Virus record (IMG/VR): IMGVR_UViG_3300020044_003662
Span: 1-37,517 of that record
Length of the DNA: 37,517 nt
Strand: one strand, 5' to 3'
DNA from: a virus
Lineage: Duplodnaviria > Caudoviricetes
The translations under genes and the position numbers were made by a program. This document shows positions 28,038-35,588 of the stretch, piece after piece; positions within the stretch are counted from its first letter, which is position 1, and each line of letters opens with the position of its first letter. The notes below the pieces were generated by a model that was not told where the DNA came from, searched no databases, and saw nothing but the letters and a program-made list of their open reading frames with translations.

Positions 28038-29033
28038 TTACGCCAACAACAAGGCCTCTGCTTGGGACTTCAGGCGGTTGCCGTCACCGAACCATGCGTT
28101 AGTCATGCGGGTGTCAGCGTTGTGACCTCGTTCATGGTCTACAAACTGCGTGACAGCGTTCAACAGGCCCCACTTAGTGCCACTAGCACCGGGAAGGTCT
28201 GCACCCATGCCCTTGCCATCGAACAACTCCAACACCTTGCGGTAGGACCGGCTGTCGGTCAACAAAGATTGTTTCTGAGTCATCCCGGGCAATTTAACCA
28301 GTTGCTCTGTAGGGGGGAACAACTCTGTCAAAAAGGACTTCACGAAGTTGCTGTTAACACCGGCGCGGGCCAACTTGCGGTAGTCATCCATCATTCCCTC
28401 AAAGCCGCCTACGACAAGGCCAAGGCGGTCGCGCATCATGCTTGCATCGAAACGTGCGCCATGAGTGATAGACACACGGCTTGGGGACTTCTCACGGTCT
28501 GCCATTGACAGGGTGTTGTTACACACGACACGCACACTGGTGAACTGGCCCATAGTCGCTGTTGAGCCATCGAAACTTGTTGACAGCAACAGATAGCCAC
28601 GCACAGCGTCATCAGACAACACACAAGCCTCTTTGTTGACGTTAGCCAAGGCCCAAATACGTTTGCCGCCACTGATGCAACCGGCTGTTTCGAGGGTGAA
28701 ACCGGCTGAAGACACAAGCGTGTTGAAAAAGTCGAGAATCTCACCGGGTTGGTGAATGCGGTAACGGTCTGTCACGACACCCAAAGGCTTGTTTGTGTCG
28801 TTGCGGTAGATGACCTTGCGGCCTGTGACAGCGACCATTGAGGACAAAGAGTCATTAGGCTTGAACAGCACGGGTGTGACCTCGGCATCCCAGTTCAATC
28901 CGGCCTCTTTACGCCACACCTCGATAGGTGCGTTGGGGGAGAGGTCCTGACCGAGGCCGTGCCAAGGTTTCGCGCCTACATAAGCAATTTCAGCTTTGTT
29001 AGTGATTGCGTTTGTTTCGATTAAGTGAGCCAT
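28038..29033 (-). CDS. DUF932-family phage/plasmid protein
   Basis: PWHGLG, AGLNW, ETAG...GG.RIWALA, YLLL.TS.DGS, VRVVCNNTL, WGLLNAVT..DH. Confidence 0.88.
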   Translation of the reverse strand: MAHLIETNAITNKAEIAYVGAKPWHGLGQDLSPNAPIEVWRKEAGLNWDAEVTPVLFKPNDSLSSMVAVTGRKVIYRNDTNKPLGVVTDRYRIHQPGEILDFFNTLVSSAGFTLETAGCISGGKRIWALANVNKEACVLSDDAVRGYLLLSTSFDGSTATMGQFTSVRVVCNNTLSMADREKSPSRVSITHGARFDASMMRDRLGLVVGGFEGMMDDYRKLARAGVNSNFVKSFLTELFPPTEQLVKLPGMTQKQSLLTDSRSYRKVLELFDGKGMGADLPGASGTKWGLLNAVTQFVDHERGHNADTRMTNAWFGDGNRLKSQAEALLLA

Positions 29034-29037
29034 TTTA

Positions 29038-29131
29038 GTTTCCTGTAATAAAGACCCCTGAGGGGCAAAGTTGTGATGTACCGGTTGGCACATCCCAAGG
29101 CTCACGTGATGAGCCTCAGGATATGTCATCA
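29038..29131 (-). repeat. Intergenic structured repeat, copy 1
   Basis: Shares a 20-nt identical core and its hairpin layout with 29755..29845. Confidence 0.85.
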
Positions 29132-29380
29132 AATATCTTTTTCTGATGCTAGGCGACCATACAAAGCAATGCTTGTTTCAATCTGTTCCAAGGTTGGCTT
29201 GAACAAACAGAAATAGTCGTGTGAAGAAACACACTTCTGATTGCCTTCAAACCAAACAAGGCTGACAGCGCGGTACTCATGAGCAATATGAGCAATGGTG
29301 TACACCTGTGCGTCTTTTGCGCCTGTCACAACAACCAGTTGACCGATGTAGAGTTTTTTGTGGGAGATGTAGCGTTGCAT
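29129..29380 (-). CDS. Hypothetical early protein
   Basis: 83 aa, TAATG-coupled. Confidence 0.65.
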   Translation of the reverse strand: MQRYISHKKLYIGQLVVVTGAKDAQVYTIAHIAHEYRAVSLVWFEGNQKCVSSHDYFCLFKPTLEQIETSIALYGRLASEKDI

Positions 29381-29751
29381 TATTTTGCTCCTGCCAAGAT
29401 TGCGGCAACACGATGGTCTGTCAAAAACTGTTCCATCACGGCGTTTGTAATGATCTGGTCCATGCGGGCCTCGACAGCCATCATCGTTTCTACAGACAAG
29501 TCTGTTGACAAGCCACGGCGTGAGCGAATCTCTGCGGGAACACCGGCGATACGGAAAATGGCGCGGAACTGTTGAGCCTTGTTACACAGGCCGTTGTTGT
29601 ACAAGTCGTAGTAGCAGTTGCAAGCACGGCGAAACAAGTCAAGTGCTTCGTTTTGAGTGAGGTTGGGGCAAGGGCCTGAGTCAGGCAACAGGGTTTGCAA
29701 AATGTCGGCTTGTTGCTGAAACTTGCCTGTGTTATCCCAATATGATTTCAT
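29380..29751 (-). CDS. Hypothetical early protein
   Basis: MKSYW...YYDLYNNGLCN; AAGGA RBS. Confidence 0.75.
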   Translation of the reverse strand: MKSYWDNTGKFQQQADILQTLLPDSGPCPNLTQNEALDLFRRACNCYYDLYNNGLCNKAQQFRAIFRIAGVPAEIRSRRGLSTDLSVETMMAVEARMDQIITNAVMEQFLTDHRVAAILAGAK

Positions 29752-29754
29752 GAT

Positions 29755-29845
29755 GTTTCCTTTGTAAAGACCCTCGAGGGGCATATCAGATGTACCGGTT
29801 GGCACATCTCAAAGCCCGCTGTACGGGCTTCAAGATGGGTCATCA
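29755..29845 (-). repeat. Intergenic structured repeat, copy 2
   Basis: As copy 1, with compensatory changes in the long stem. Confidence 0.85.
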
Positions 29846-30061
29846 GGCAATGATGTTGAAATGGAAGTGAACGCCGTGTTGAAGGGCTTTTGTACCGATG
29901 AACACAGGGAAGAAACGACCGTCTGTGTGGGTCATGATGAAGTAGCGCAATTCGCTGTGAAAGGCTAATGGGTCGTGTGGGTATTTTTTTGCTACGGCTT
30001 TGTGAGCGTTCTCAACAGTAGCGTATGTTTTTGTGGGAGTGATTTCAACAGAGTAAGCCAT
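29843..30061 (-). CDS. Hypothetical early protein (first gene of the leftward operon)
   Basis: MAYSVEIT...; AAGGA RBS; 72 aa. Confidence 0.7.
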   Translation of the reverse strand: MAYSVEITPTKTYATVENAHKAVAKKYPHDPLAFHSELRYFIMTHTDGRFFPVFIGTKALQHGVHFHFNIIA

Positions 30062-30106
30062 TTTGGTTCCTTTTAAAGACCTCAAGAAATTCGAGGCATG
30101 GACGTA

Positions 30107-30134
30107 ATTCTGATGACAAAAATAATTTCGGCAA
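30107..30134 (-). promoter_or_regulatory. Candidate leftward sigma70 promoter
   Basis: TTGCCG-16 nt-CAGAAT with an A-rich upstream tract. Confidence 0.4.
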
Positions 30135-30321
30135 GAACTTTTTTTATAGTTAACTAAAACGTAGGGGAATGTGCAAATTCTCAAATTCAGGGAATTCCCT
30201 AGTCGTGCGCAAGAACAGCAAAAATCGCACGTTTAAGCAATTTTGTGCATCGCTTGCATATTCGGTTCGGGGTCATCGCAATCGTTGCACCTCGCATTTT
30301 CGTGTTAGAAAAAAATATATT

Positions 30322-30350
30322 TTTCAGGGTGCGCGGTCCGGCGGCATAAT
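30322..30350 (+). promoter_or_regulatory. Candidate rightward promoter
   Basis: CATAAT -10 at 30345-30350, weak -35, AT-rich upstream tract. Confidence 0.4.
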
Positions 30351-30357
30351 CACGGCG

Positions 30358-30432
30358 AACCCGGATAGAACTGAAGTCATGAGCAGTTTGAACAGTGAGC
30401 CTCCCCACTTTCCGGTGTTTCTTCAGCGGAGG
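30358..30432 (+). ncRNA. Candidate structured leader RNA of the replication gene
   Basis: Three-way junction with a possible pseudoknot (see findings). Confidence 0.45.
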
Positions 30433-30449
30433 ACAGACGGAGAAAATTT

Positions 30450-31208
30450 ATGTTTCACTATCCCTTTCATGTCGGGGACTACATCGCCGACACTGCTCAC
30501 TTGAGCATTGAGGAAGACATCGCCTACCGGCGGCTGTTGGACCTCTACTACACTTCTGAAAAACCAATACCCAATGATGGGAAGCAAGTTTCAAGACGAG
30601 TCCGCATGGGACAGCATGAGGCCTTAATCAATGCAATATTGGATGAGTTTTTTACCTTGCAAGACGATGGCTGTTGGCATCACTCCCGGTGCGATGATGA
30701 GATAGCCAAGTTTCAAGGGTTCATCGAGGCCGGAAAACGTGGGGCCGCAAAGAGGTGGGCAAAGCCCTCGGATAGCCACCCTATTGAGGGGGCAATAGTA
30801 ACCGAGAACCAAGAACCGAGAACCGAGAACCAAGAACCAATATCTATAGATGCTAAAGCATCTAAGTCGAAAACTGCGTTTCCCGACTGTCCGCACGGGC
30901 AGATTTTAGAACTGTGGAAAAAACGGTTGCCACATCTTATGCAACCAAGGACTTGGGAAGGGGCAAGACAGACAGCCCTAAAAAACCGTTGGACACAAGC
31001 CGCAAAACCATCTGAGTATTCGCCTAAGGGCTACAACACACAGGCCGAAGGCTTGGACTGGTGGGATTCTTTTTTCATGTACATCGCTTGTGACACAAAA
31101 CTTGCTGACGGGTTTGAGTCACAAGGCCGTGTATGGAAGCCAACACTTGAATGGGTCTGTCAAGCATCCAACTTCGCAAAAATTATTGACGGGAAATACA
31201 ACAAATGA
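30450..31208 (+). CDS. Replication initiator, DUF1376/YdaU-like N-terminus
   Basis: YPFHVGDYI.DT.HLS..E..AYRRLLDLYY; AGKRGAAKRW; C-terminal LEW....NFAKIIDGKY. Confidence 0.85.
   Translation: MFHYPFHVGDYIADTAHLSIEEDIAYRRLLDLYYTSEKPIPNDGKQVSRRVRMGQHEALINAILDEFFTLQDDGCWHHSRCDDEIAKFQGFIEAGKRGAAKRWAKPSDSHPIEGAIVTENQEPRTENQEPISIDAKASKSKTAFPDCPHGQILELWKKRLPHLMQPRTWEGARQTALKNRWTQAAKPSEYSPKGYNTQAEGLDWWDSFFMYIACDTKLADGFESQGRVWKPTLEWVCQASNFAKIIDGKYNK
30801..30840 (+). repeat. Tandem 7-bp iteron-like repeats (AGAACCR) inside the initiator gene; probable origin
   Basis: ACCGAGAACCAAGAACCGAGAACCGAGAACCAAGAACCAA in the linker of the initiator. Confidence 0.7.
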
Positions 31209-31303
31209 AAAACTGGCCTTTCCCACCGTTCCCCAACCCTAAGGACAAAGGCAACAGAGTCCCTCGATTCAACCCTGACAACTATGAGGATGCGCCAATA
31301 TGA
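31205..31303 (+). CDS. Small Pro-rich peptide (32 aa)
   Basis: MKNWPFPPFPNP...YEDAPI; ATGA coupling at both ends. Confidence 0.55.
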   Translation: MKNWPFPPFPNPKDKGNRVPRFNPDNYEDAPI

Positions 31304-31491
31304 TGCCGTCAATCGACTTGGGTGCTACACACTCAACAAACAAATTCAAGTTTTGTAACAAGTGCGAGGTAATGAAGCCACCAGAGGGCGGTGTTGAGAT
31401 GGGTCCGAAGTGGCACTGTCAAAACTGTTGGACCAAGCGCATCACAAGCAAAAACCTCAACATAAACCGACACAACAAGGTGAAATCATGA
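31300..31491 (+). CDS. Small zinc-finger protein
   Basis: CNKC...CQNC. Confidence 0.65.
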   Translation: MMPSIDLGATHSTNKFKFCNKCEVMKPPEGGVEMGPKWHCQNCWTKRITSKNLNINRHNKVKS

Positions 31492-31892
31492 GTTTCGCAA
31501 AACCCTATGTGAGCAAGATGGAAGATGACATGGCCCAAGACCGGGCAAGTCAATGTACAGCGAACGGCTGTCCAAACCGTTGGGCCGTGAGTGAAGGCCA
31601 TCTCTGTTCCGCACACGCATGGTCTAACGTCCGGGATTGGCCCGCAATAACTGATGCCGAAATAACGAAGGCGGCTCAAAGGTCAAACCGCAAAGCAACC
31701 CCTGTTCAACCGGCCCGAGTGGTCACTGACGCAGAAAAACGTGCCGCAGTGGAGGCTTTCCGGTCCTTGGCAAGGGGTGGTACAGACCCGAAGCATTGGG
31801 CAGTAAAACTCAAAGAGCGTGAGTTGGATGGTGAGCAACTGTCAGCCATTCAACGCCGCCTGTGGAGGGAGGTTTTACATGAGCCCGTCTGA
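31488..31892 (+). CDS. Hypothetical protein with a Cys/His cluster
   Basis: MSFAKP; CTANGCP..W...LCSAH; AAGGTG RBS. Confidence 0.7.
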   Translation: MSFAKPYVSKMEDDMAQDRASQCTANGCPNRWAVSEGHLCSAHAWSNVRDWPAITDAEITKAAQRSNRKATPVQPARVVTDAEKRAAVEAFRSLARGGTDPKHWAVKLKERELDGEQLSAIQRRLWREVLHEPV

Positions 31893-32124
31893 AGCAAAAA
31901 GAATTTTGGACATGGTGAGGGAAGGCAAGAGGATTCCTTTTCATCACATACACAAAGCACTCAACGTAACTGGTGATTTAGATGATGGACGACAGACCGA
32001 CAAGAGCAGACAGGGAGTGGATGGAACTCTGCGAAGCCCGGGAGTGGGTGAGGCGATACCAAGCCAAGATTGGCGAGGTCGGGTCCGTGAAAGCGCAATC
32101 ATGGTGGGAGCAAGTAAAAATTGA
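31879..32124 (+). CDS. Hypothetical protein
   Basis: GGAGG RBS before ATG 31879; 3' part overlaps the next ORF. Confidence 0.5.
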   Translation: MSPSEAKRILDMVREGKRIPFHHIHKALNVTGDLDDGRQTDKSRQGVDGTLRSPGVGEAIPSQDWRGRVRESAIMVGASKN

Positions 32125-32200
32125 CATCGAAAAAAAACGGGGCAAACACGCCCTTGAAACTCTGAGAAGGAATATGTATGAGGCGCGCCGCAAGGATTGA
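31982..32200 (+). CDS. Hypothetical protein
   Basis: 72 aa; CEAREWVRRY...IEKKRG. Confidence 0.55.
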   Translation: MMDDRPTRADREWMELCEAREWVRRYQAKIGEVGSVKAQSWWEQVKIDIEKKRGKHALETLRRNMYEARRKD

Positions 32201-32474
32201 TGCGAACCAAACACAGATTGTGTCGGCCTTGAGGTCGGTCGGTGCTTCTGTTGAGTTGTTGTCTGCTGTTGGTAAAGGTTGTCCTGACTTACTGGTCGGT
32301 TATCGAGGTGTGAACCTCCTGATGGAAGTCAAAGACGGCAAAAAGCCTCCATCTGAACGCAAATTGACCTCAGACCAAATTGTTTGGCACACGGAGTGGA
32401 AAGGTGTAGTGTTTTTGGTAACAAGCGTTCATGACGCATTAGACGCACTGGAGATAAAAATTGAAAAACGTTGA
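32178..32474 (+). CDS. VRR-NUC-like PD-(D/E)XK nuclease (putative resolvase)
   Basis: D.NQ..IV.ALR..G, GCPDLLVG, LMEVKDG, LT.DQ..W...WKG. Confidence 0.8.
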   Translation: MRRAARIDANQTQIVSALRSVGASVELLSAVGKGCPDLLVGYRGVNLLMEVKDGKKPPSERKLTSDQIVWHTEWKGVVFLVTSVHDALDALEIKIEKR

Positions 32475-32793
32475 AGAATCAGCCCGGTTCATCCGGGAGA
32501 ATGCCGGGTCATACGGCAACGCCAAGGGCCGGAGGGTCTACCTTGAGGAATTTCGGAAGTCAAAAAAAGCATTGCTGATGAAAGATGCTTTGCGTAAGGG
32601 CATCGAGGCCGCCAACGCCCAAGAGCGTGAAGCCTATGCCAACCCGGAATACAGGGAACTGTTGGAAGGCCTTGCGGCGGCTATTGAGGACGAGGAAACC
32701 CTAAAGTGGAAAATTGAGGCGGCCCGGCTAGACATCGAGATATGGCGAACACGCCAAGCAACCGAGCGTATGGTCATAAGGTCGCACGAATGA
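32461..32793 (+). CDS. Hypothetical coiled-coil protein
   Basis: TTG start after GGAG; QEREAYA.PEY, IEIWRT. Confidence 0.7.
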   Translation: MKNVEESARFIRENAGSYGNAKGRRVYLEEFRKSKKALLMKDALRKGIEAANAQEREAYANPEYRELLEGLAAAIEDEETLKWKIEAARLDIEIWRTRQATERMVIRSHE

Positions 32794-33248
32794 GAAAACA
32801 GACAAAGCGCAAAATTTGGGCTTTGATTGACCCAATACAACACGGCATCATTGGCGCGGCTATCACGCCCAGACAGACACTCAACAAACTCAGGTTCACT
32901 GAATATGCGGCGTTAGAGTCGATGGTCAAAGGGTCCGGAACCATACACGACTGGCGCACATTAGTCGATGTGCTGAATCTCTCAGAGATGATGGCAAGGA
33001 ACGGTGTAGGGCCTGAGGTTTTGCCTGTTTGTGAGAAGGTTCAAGATTCCCTACACAAGGCCGCATTACGGTATCAGGAAACAATGCAGATGGGCCTCGA
33101 TGGTCCGGGTATTCAGGCTGTCAGGGATTTACTTGAATATGCAGATTTACAACAGTCGAGCATTACCCGGGCAGAGTTTGAACGCTATGTCCAAAAAACC
33201 AAAAACTACATTAGGTCTAATGGCAACATGGTTGTGGAAATCGAATGA
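32790..33248 (+). CDS. Hypothetical protein
   Basis: ATGA-coupled MRKQTKRKIW..., 152 aa. Confidence 0.7.
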   Translation: MRKQTKRKIWALIDPIQHGIIGAAITPRQTLNKLRFTEYAALESMVKGSGTIHDWRTLVDVLNLSEMMARNGVGPEVLPVCEKVQDSLHKAALRYQETMQMGLDGPGIQAVRDLLEYADLQQSSITRAEFERYVQKTKNYIRSNGNMVVEIE

Positions 33249-33502
33249 ATAACAAACTGACTTCAACAGAACGGCTACACCTCGCAAGAGTGAAAGAAAT
33301 GCCTTGTGGGGTATGCGGTCAAGCCGGTCCGTCCGATGCTCACCACGTTGAACAGCACATGCAGTACCTGTGTATTCCTTTGTGTAAGGATTGTCACCAA
33401 GGCTCACATAACGGCATACACGGTCGCAGAAGTATTTGGAATGTGTTGAAAAAAACCGAGTTATCTGTCTTGAACGATACAATCCGTAGGCTTACAATGT
33501 AA
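33245..33502 (+). CDS. HNH-like zinc-binding nuclease (Ref/DUF968-like)
   Basis: CGVCG...AHH...IPLCKDCH.G..GIHG. Confidence 0.75.
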   Translation: MNNKLTSTERLHLARVKEMPCGVCGQAGPSDAHHVEQHMQYLCIPLCKDCHQGSHNGIHGRRSIWNVLKKTELSVLNDTIRRLTM

Positions 33503-33519
33503 ATTCACAGGGAGGCTAC

Positions 33520-33930
33520 ATGGTCAAATTCAAAGCAACCGTAGAGGCGACACGGATTCCGTCAAAGGACCCGGTGATGGACTTCACGATGTGCGTTCTC
33601 AACAGCGTTACAGTGACGCATATTCAGCACCTTGTAGCGAAAACCTATGCGATTCACGTTGCATTAGGCGAGTTTTATGGTGAGGTCGGCGACTTGGTTG
33701 ATTCGTTTGTTGAGTCATTCCAAGGGAAATACGGCTTGCTTACCAGTTTCCCTACAAGCTATTCAGTGCCGTCAATGGAGCCGATACCCTACCTTGAGTC
33801 TTTGAAACAAGAGGTCGATTACTACAGGCAAGCACAAGGTTTCCCACAGGATTCTGAACTGCAAAACGAGGTCGACAACATAGCAAACCTCATCAACAGC
33901 ACGTTGAATAAATTGAAACACTACAAATAA
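33520..33930 (+). CDS. Ferritin/Dps-like four-helix protein
   Basis: HIQHL....YAIHVALGEFY....DLVDSFVE pattern; GGAGG RBS. Confidence 0.65.
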   Translation: MVKFKATVEATRIPSKDPVMDFTMCVLNSVTVTHIQHLVAKTYAIHVALGEFYGEVGDLVDSFVESFQGKYGLLTSFPTSYSVPSMEPIPYLESLKQEVDYYRQAQGFPQDSELQNEVDNIANLINSTLNKLKHYK

Positions 33931-33946
33931 CACTACAGGACAAGAC

Positions 33947-34549
33947 ATGACAAAATTGAAGATTGTTTACCGACAAACCAGTGACCTGATTCCTTACGCA
34001 AGGAACTCGCGTACCCATAGCGAATTGCAAGTGGCTCAAATAGCCTCTAGCATCAAGGAATTCGGGTTCACTTCACCCATCCTGTTAGACGGTGAAAACG
34101 GCATCATCGCCGGTCATGGTCGCTATCAGGCCGCAATCAAAATGGCTATGCGCGAAGTCCCAACAATCGACTTGTCGCACCTGACAGAGGCTCAGAAACG
34201 GGCTTACGTCATTGCTGACAACAAGATTGCCCTCAACAGCGGTTGGGACGAGCAGATGCTTGAGTTGGAAATTCAAGACCTTCGTGATGCGGGCTTTAAC
34301 ATCGACCTCTTAGCCTTTGACCCGTCAGAACTCAAATCCGCAAGCGTGGACTATTCCGTGTTGGACGATGAGGAAATTGATGACCAACTGGACGATATGG
34401 CAAAGGGTGTTCGCAAGGCCATTCAAATCGAATTTGAACCCGAGCATTACGAGGAAGCAACAGAACTCGTAAAGTTTTGGCGTGAGCAGGGCGGCTATGT
34501 AGGCATGATGCTGTTGAATTACCTCAAGGCCGAAAAAGACAAACTGTGA
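33947..34549 (+). CDS. ParB/Srx N-terminal domain protein
   Basis: LIPYARNSRTH...QIASSIKEFGF..PIL, IIAGHGR, ADNK....GWD; no fused methyltransferase. Confidence 0.9.
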   Translation: MTKLKIVYRQTSDLIPYARNSRTHSELQVAQIASSIKEFGFTSPILLDGENGIIAGHGRYQAAIKMAMREVPTIDLSHLTEAQKRAYVIADNKIALNSGWDEQMLELEIQDLRDAGFNIDLLAFDPSELKSASVDYSVLDDEEIDDQLDDMAKGVRKAIQIEFEPEHYEEATELVKFWREQGGYVGMMLLNYLKAEKDKL

Positions 34550-35013
34550 AGTGTTTTTATTTGGTCGGCTATCACGGATGTGGGAAAACGACCCAAGCAA
34601 ACTTGCTTGAAAAACACTTCCCTCATTACAACTACATAGGCGGCAAAGCCGGTCTGGACGCTATTGGTAGTGTGAATGAACTCGTAAGCCTTGTGAAAGC
34701 AAGCAAAACGGACATGGTGATACACGGCTGTATCTTTCAGACCGAACCAACTTTACTCAGGCTGTCCCGGTTAACAAGCCTCGAAATAATCGTGATGCAC
34801 AGCCTACCTGAAACGGTGAAGCAAAGGACCTTGAAGCGTGGTGCGGCCTCTTACAACCTAGACAAATTCAAAGCTCACTACAGCTTCATCAAAAAACTTC
34901 CGGGATTGAAAAAAGTTTACTCATTTGGCCTACACGTTGTTAACAACAACCGGCCTACAGAGGAAGTGTTCAAAGACATAAGGCAAATATGTGCGCCATC
35001 ATCGGCTTCATAA
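34546..35013 (+). CDS. P-loop nucleotide kinase-like protein
   Basis: Walker A GYHGCGKTT at the N-terminus; lid-like R...RG; GTGA-coupled. Confidence 0.8.
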   Translation: MKCFYLVGYHGCGKTTQANLLEKHFPHYNYIGGKAGLDAIGSVNELVSLVKASKTDMVIHGCIFQTEPTLLRLSRLTSLEIIVMHSLPETVKQRTLKRGAASYNLDKFKAHYSFIKKLPGLKKVYSFGLHVVNNNRPTEEVFKDIRQICAPSSAS

Positions 35014-35588
35014 GTGACAGCCCTACCCAACAGGCGGTAGACACGCTCAAAAAAGTCTTTATTGAATCAAAGATTCGAGGAATGCACGCCTATGGCTATG
35101 CCGCTATTCAGGACGGGCACTTAATGGAGGCTAAGTCGAACGGCCTAAAGTCTTTGCTTGTAAGCATCAACAACCCTACACGCCTGATTGGGCACTGCCG
35201 TTACAGCACAAGCGGCGACTACAAGGATATGAACAACAATCAGCCCTTGCGTTATGGCGAGGAATATTTGGTTTTCAATGGCGTGATTGACATGAGAACA
35301 AAGGCTGAGATGGAAGCGGCCTACAACATCAAAATGAATTCCGACAATGACGGTGAAATCATGCTTCAGACCCCGAACCGGACCGGCTTGCTCAAGTCCG
35401 GAATAACGTTCAGCGGCCTGACACTCAATTCGCATGCCCTTGCGTTTTTTCGGAATGAGGGCAGGCCCGGGTACAAGGCGACCCGTTTCGGTGCAACCTA
35501 CATTGCCTCGACTGCCGACATTTTGCGCAGGTGTTTGCTTCAGCCCGAACCCTTGAACCCTCATGAGGTGTACGAATGGACAACATAA
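34989..35588 (+). CDS. Class II (Ntn) glutamine amidotransferase domain protein
   Basis: N-terminal MCAIIG (Cys2 nucleophile), RG, GHCRYSTSG, NQP, FNGVI, NDGE. Confidence 0.87.
   Translation: MCAIIGFISDSPTQQAVDTLKKVFIESKIRGMHAYGYAAIQDGHLMEAKSNGLKSLLVSINNPTRLIGHCRYSTSGDYKDMNNNQPLRYGEEYLVFNGVIDMRTKAEMEAAYNIKMNSDNDGEIMLQTPNRTGLLKSGITFSGLTLNSHALAFFRNEGRPGYKATRFGATYIASTADILRRCLLQPEPLNPHEVYEWTT

Noticed and set aside
29800-29850. CTGATGA followed by a stem (- strand) as a hammerhead ribozyme
   Set aside because: No GAAA follows the stem, the other copy reads TTGATGA, and TGATGA is the upstream stop codon.
30169-30504. 111 aa ORF in the divergent region as a Cro/CI repressor
   Set aside because: It has no HTH pattern and overlaps the promoter, the leader RNA and the initiator start.
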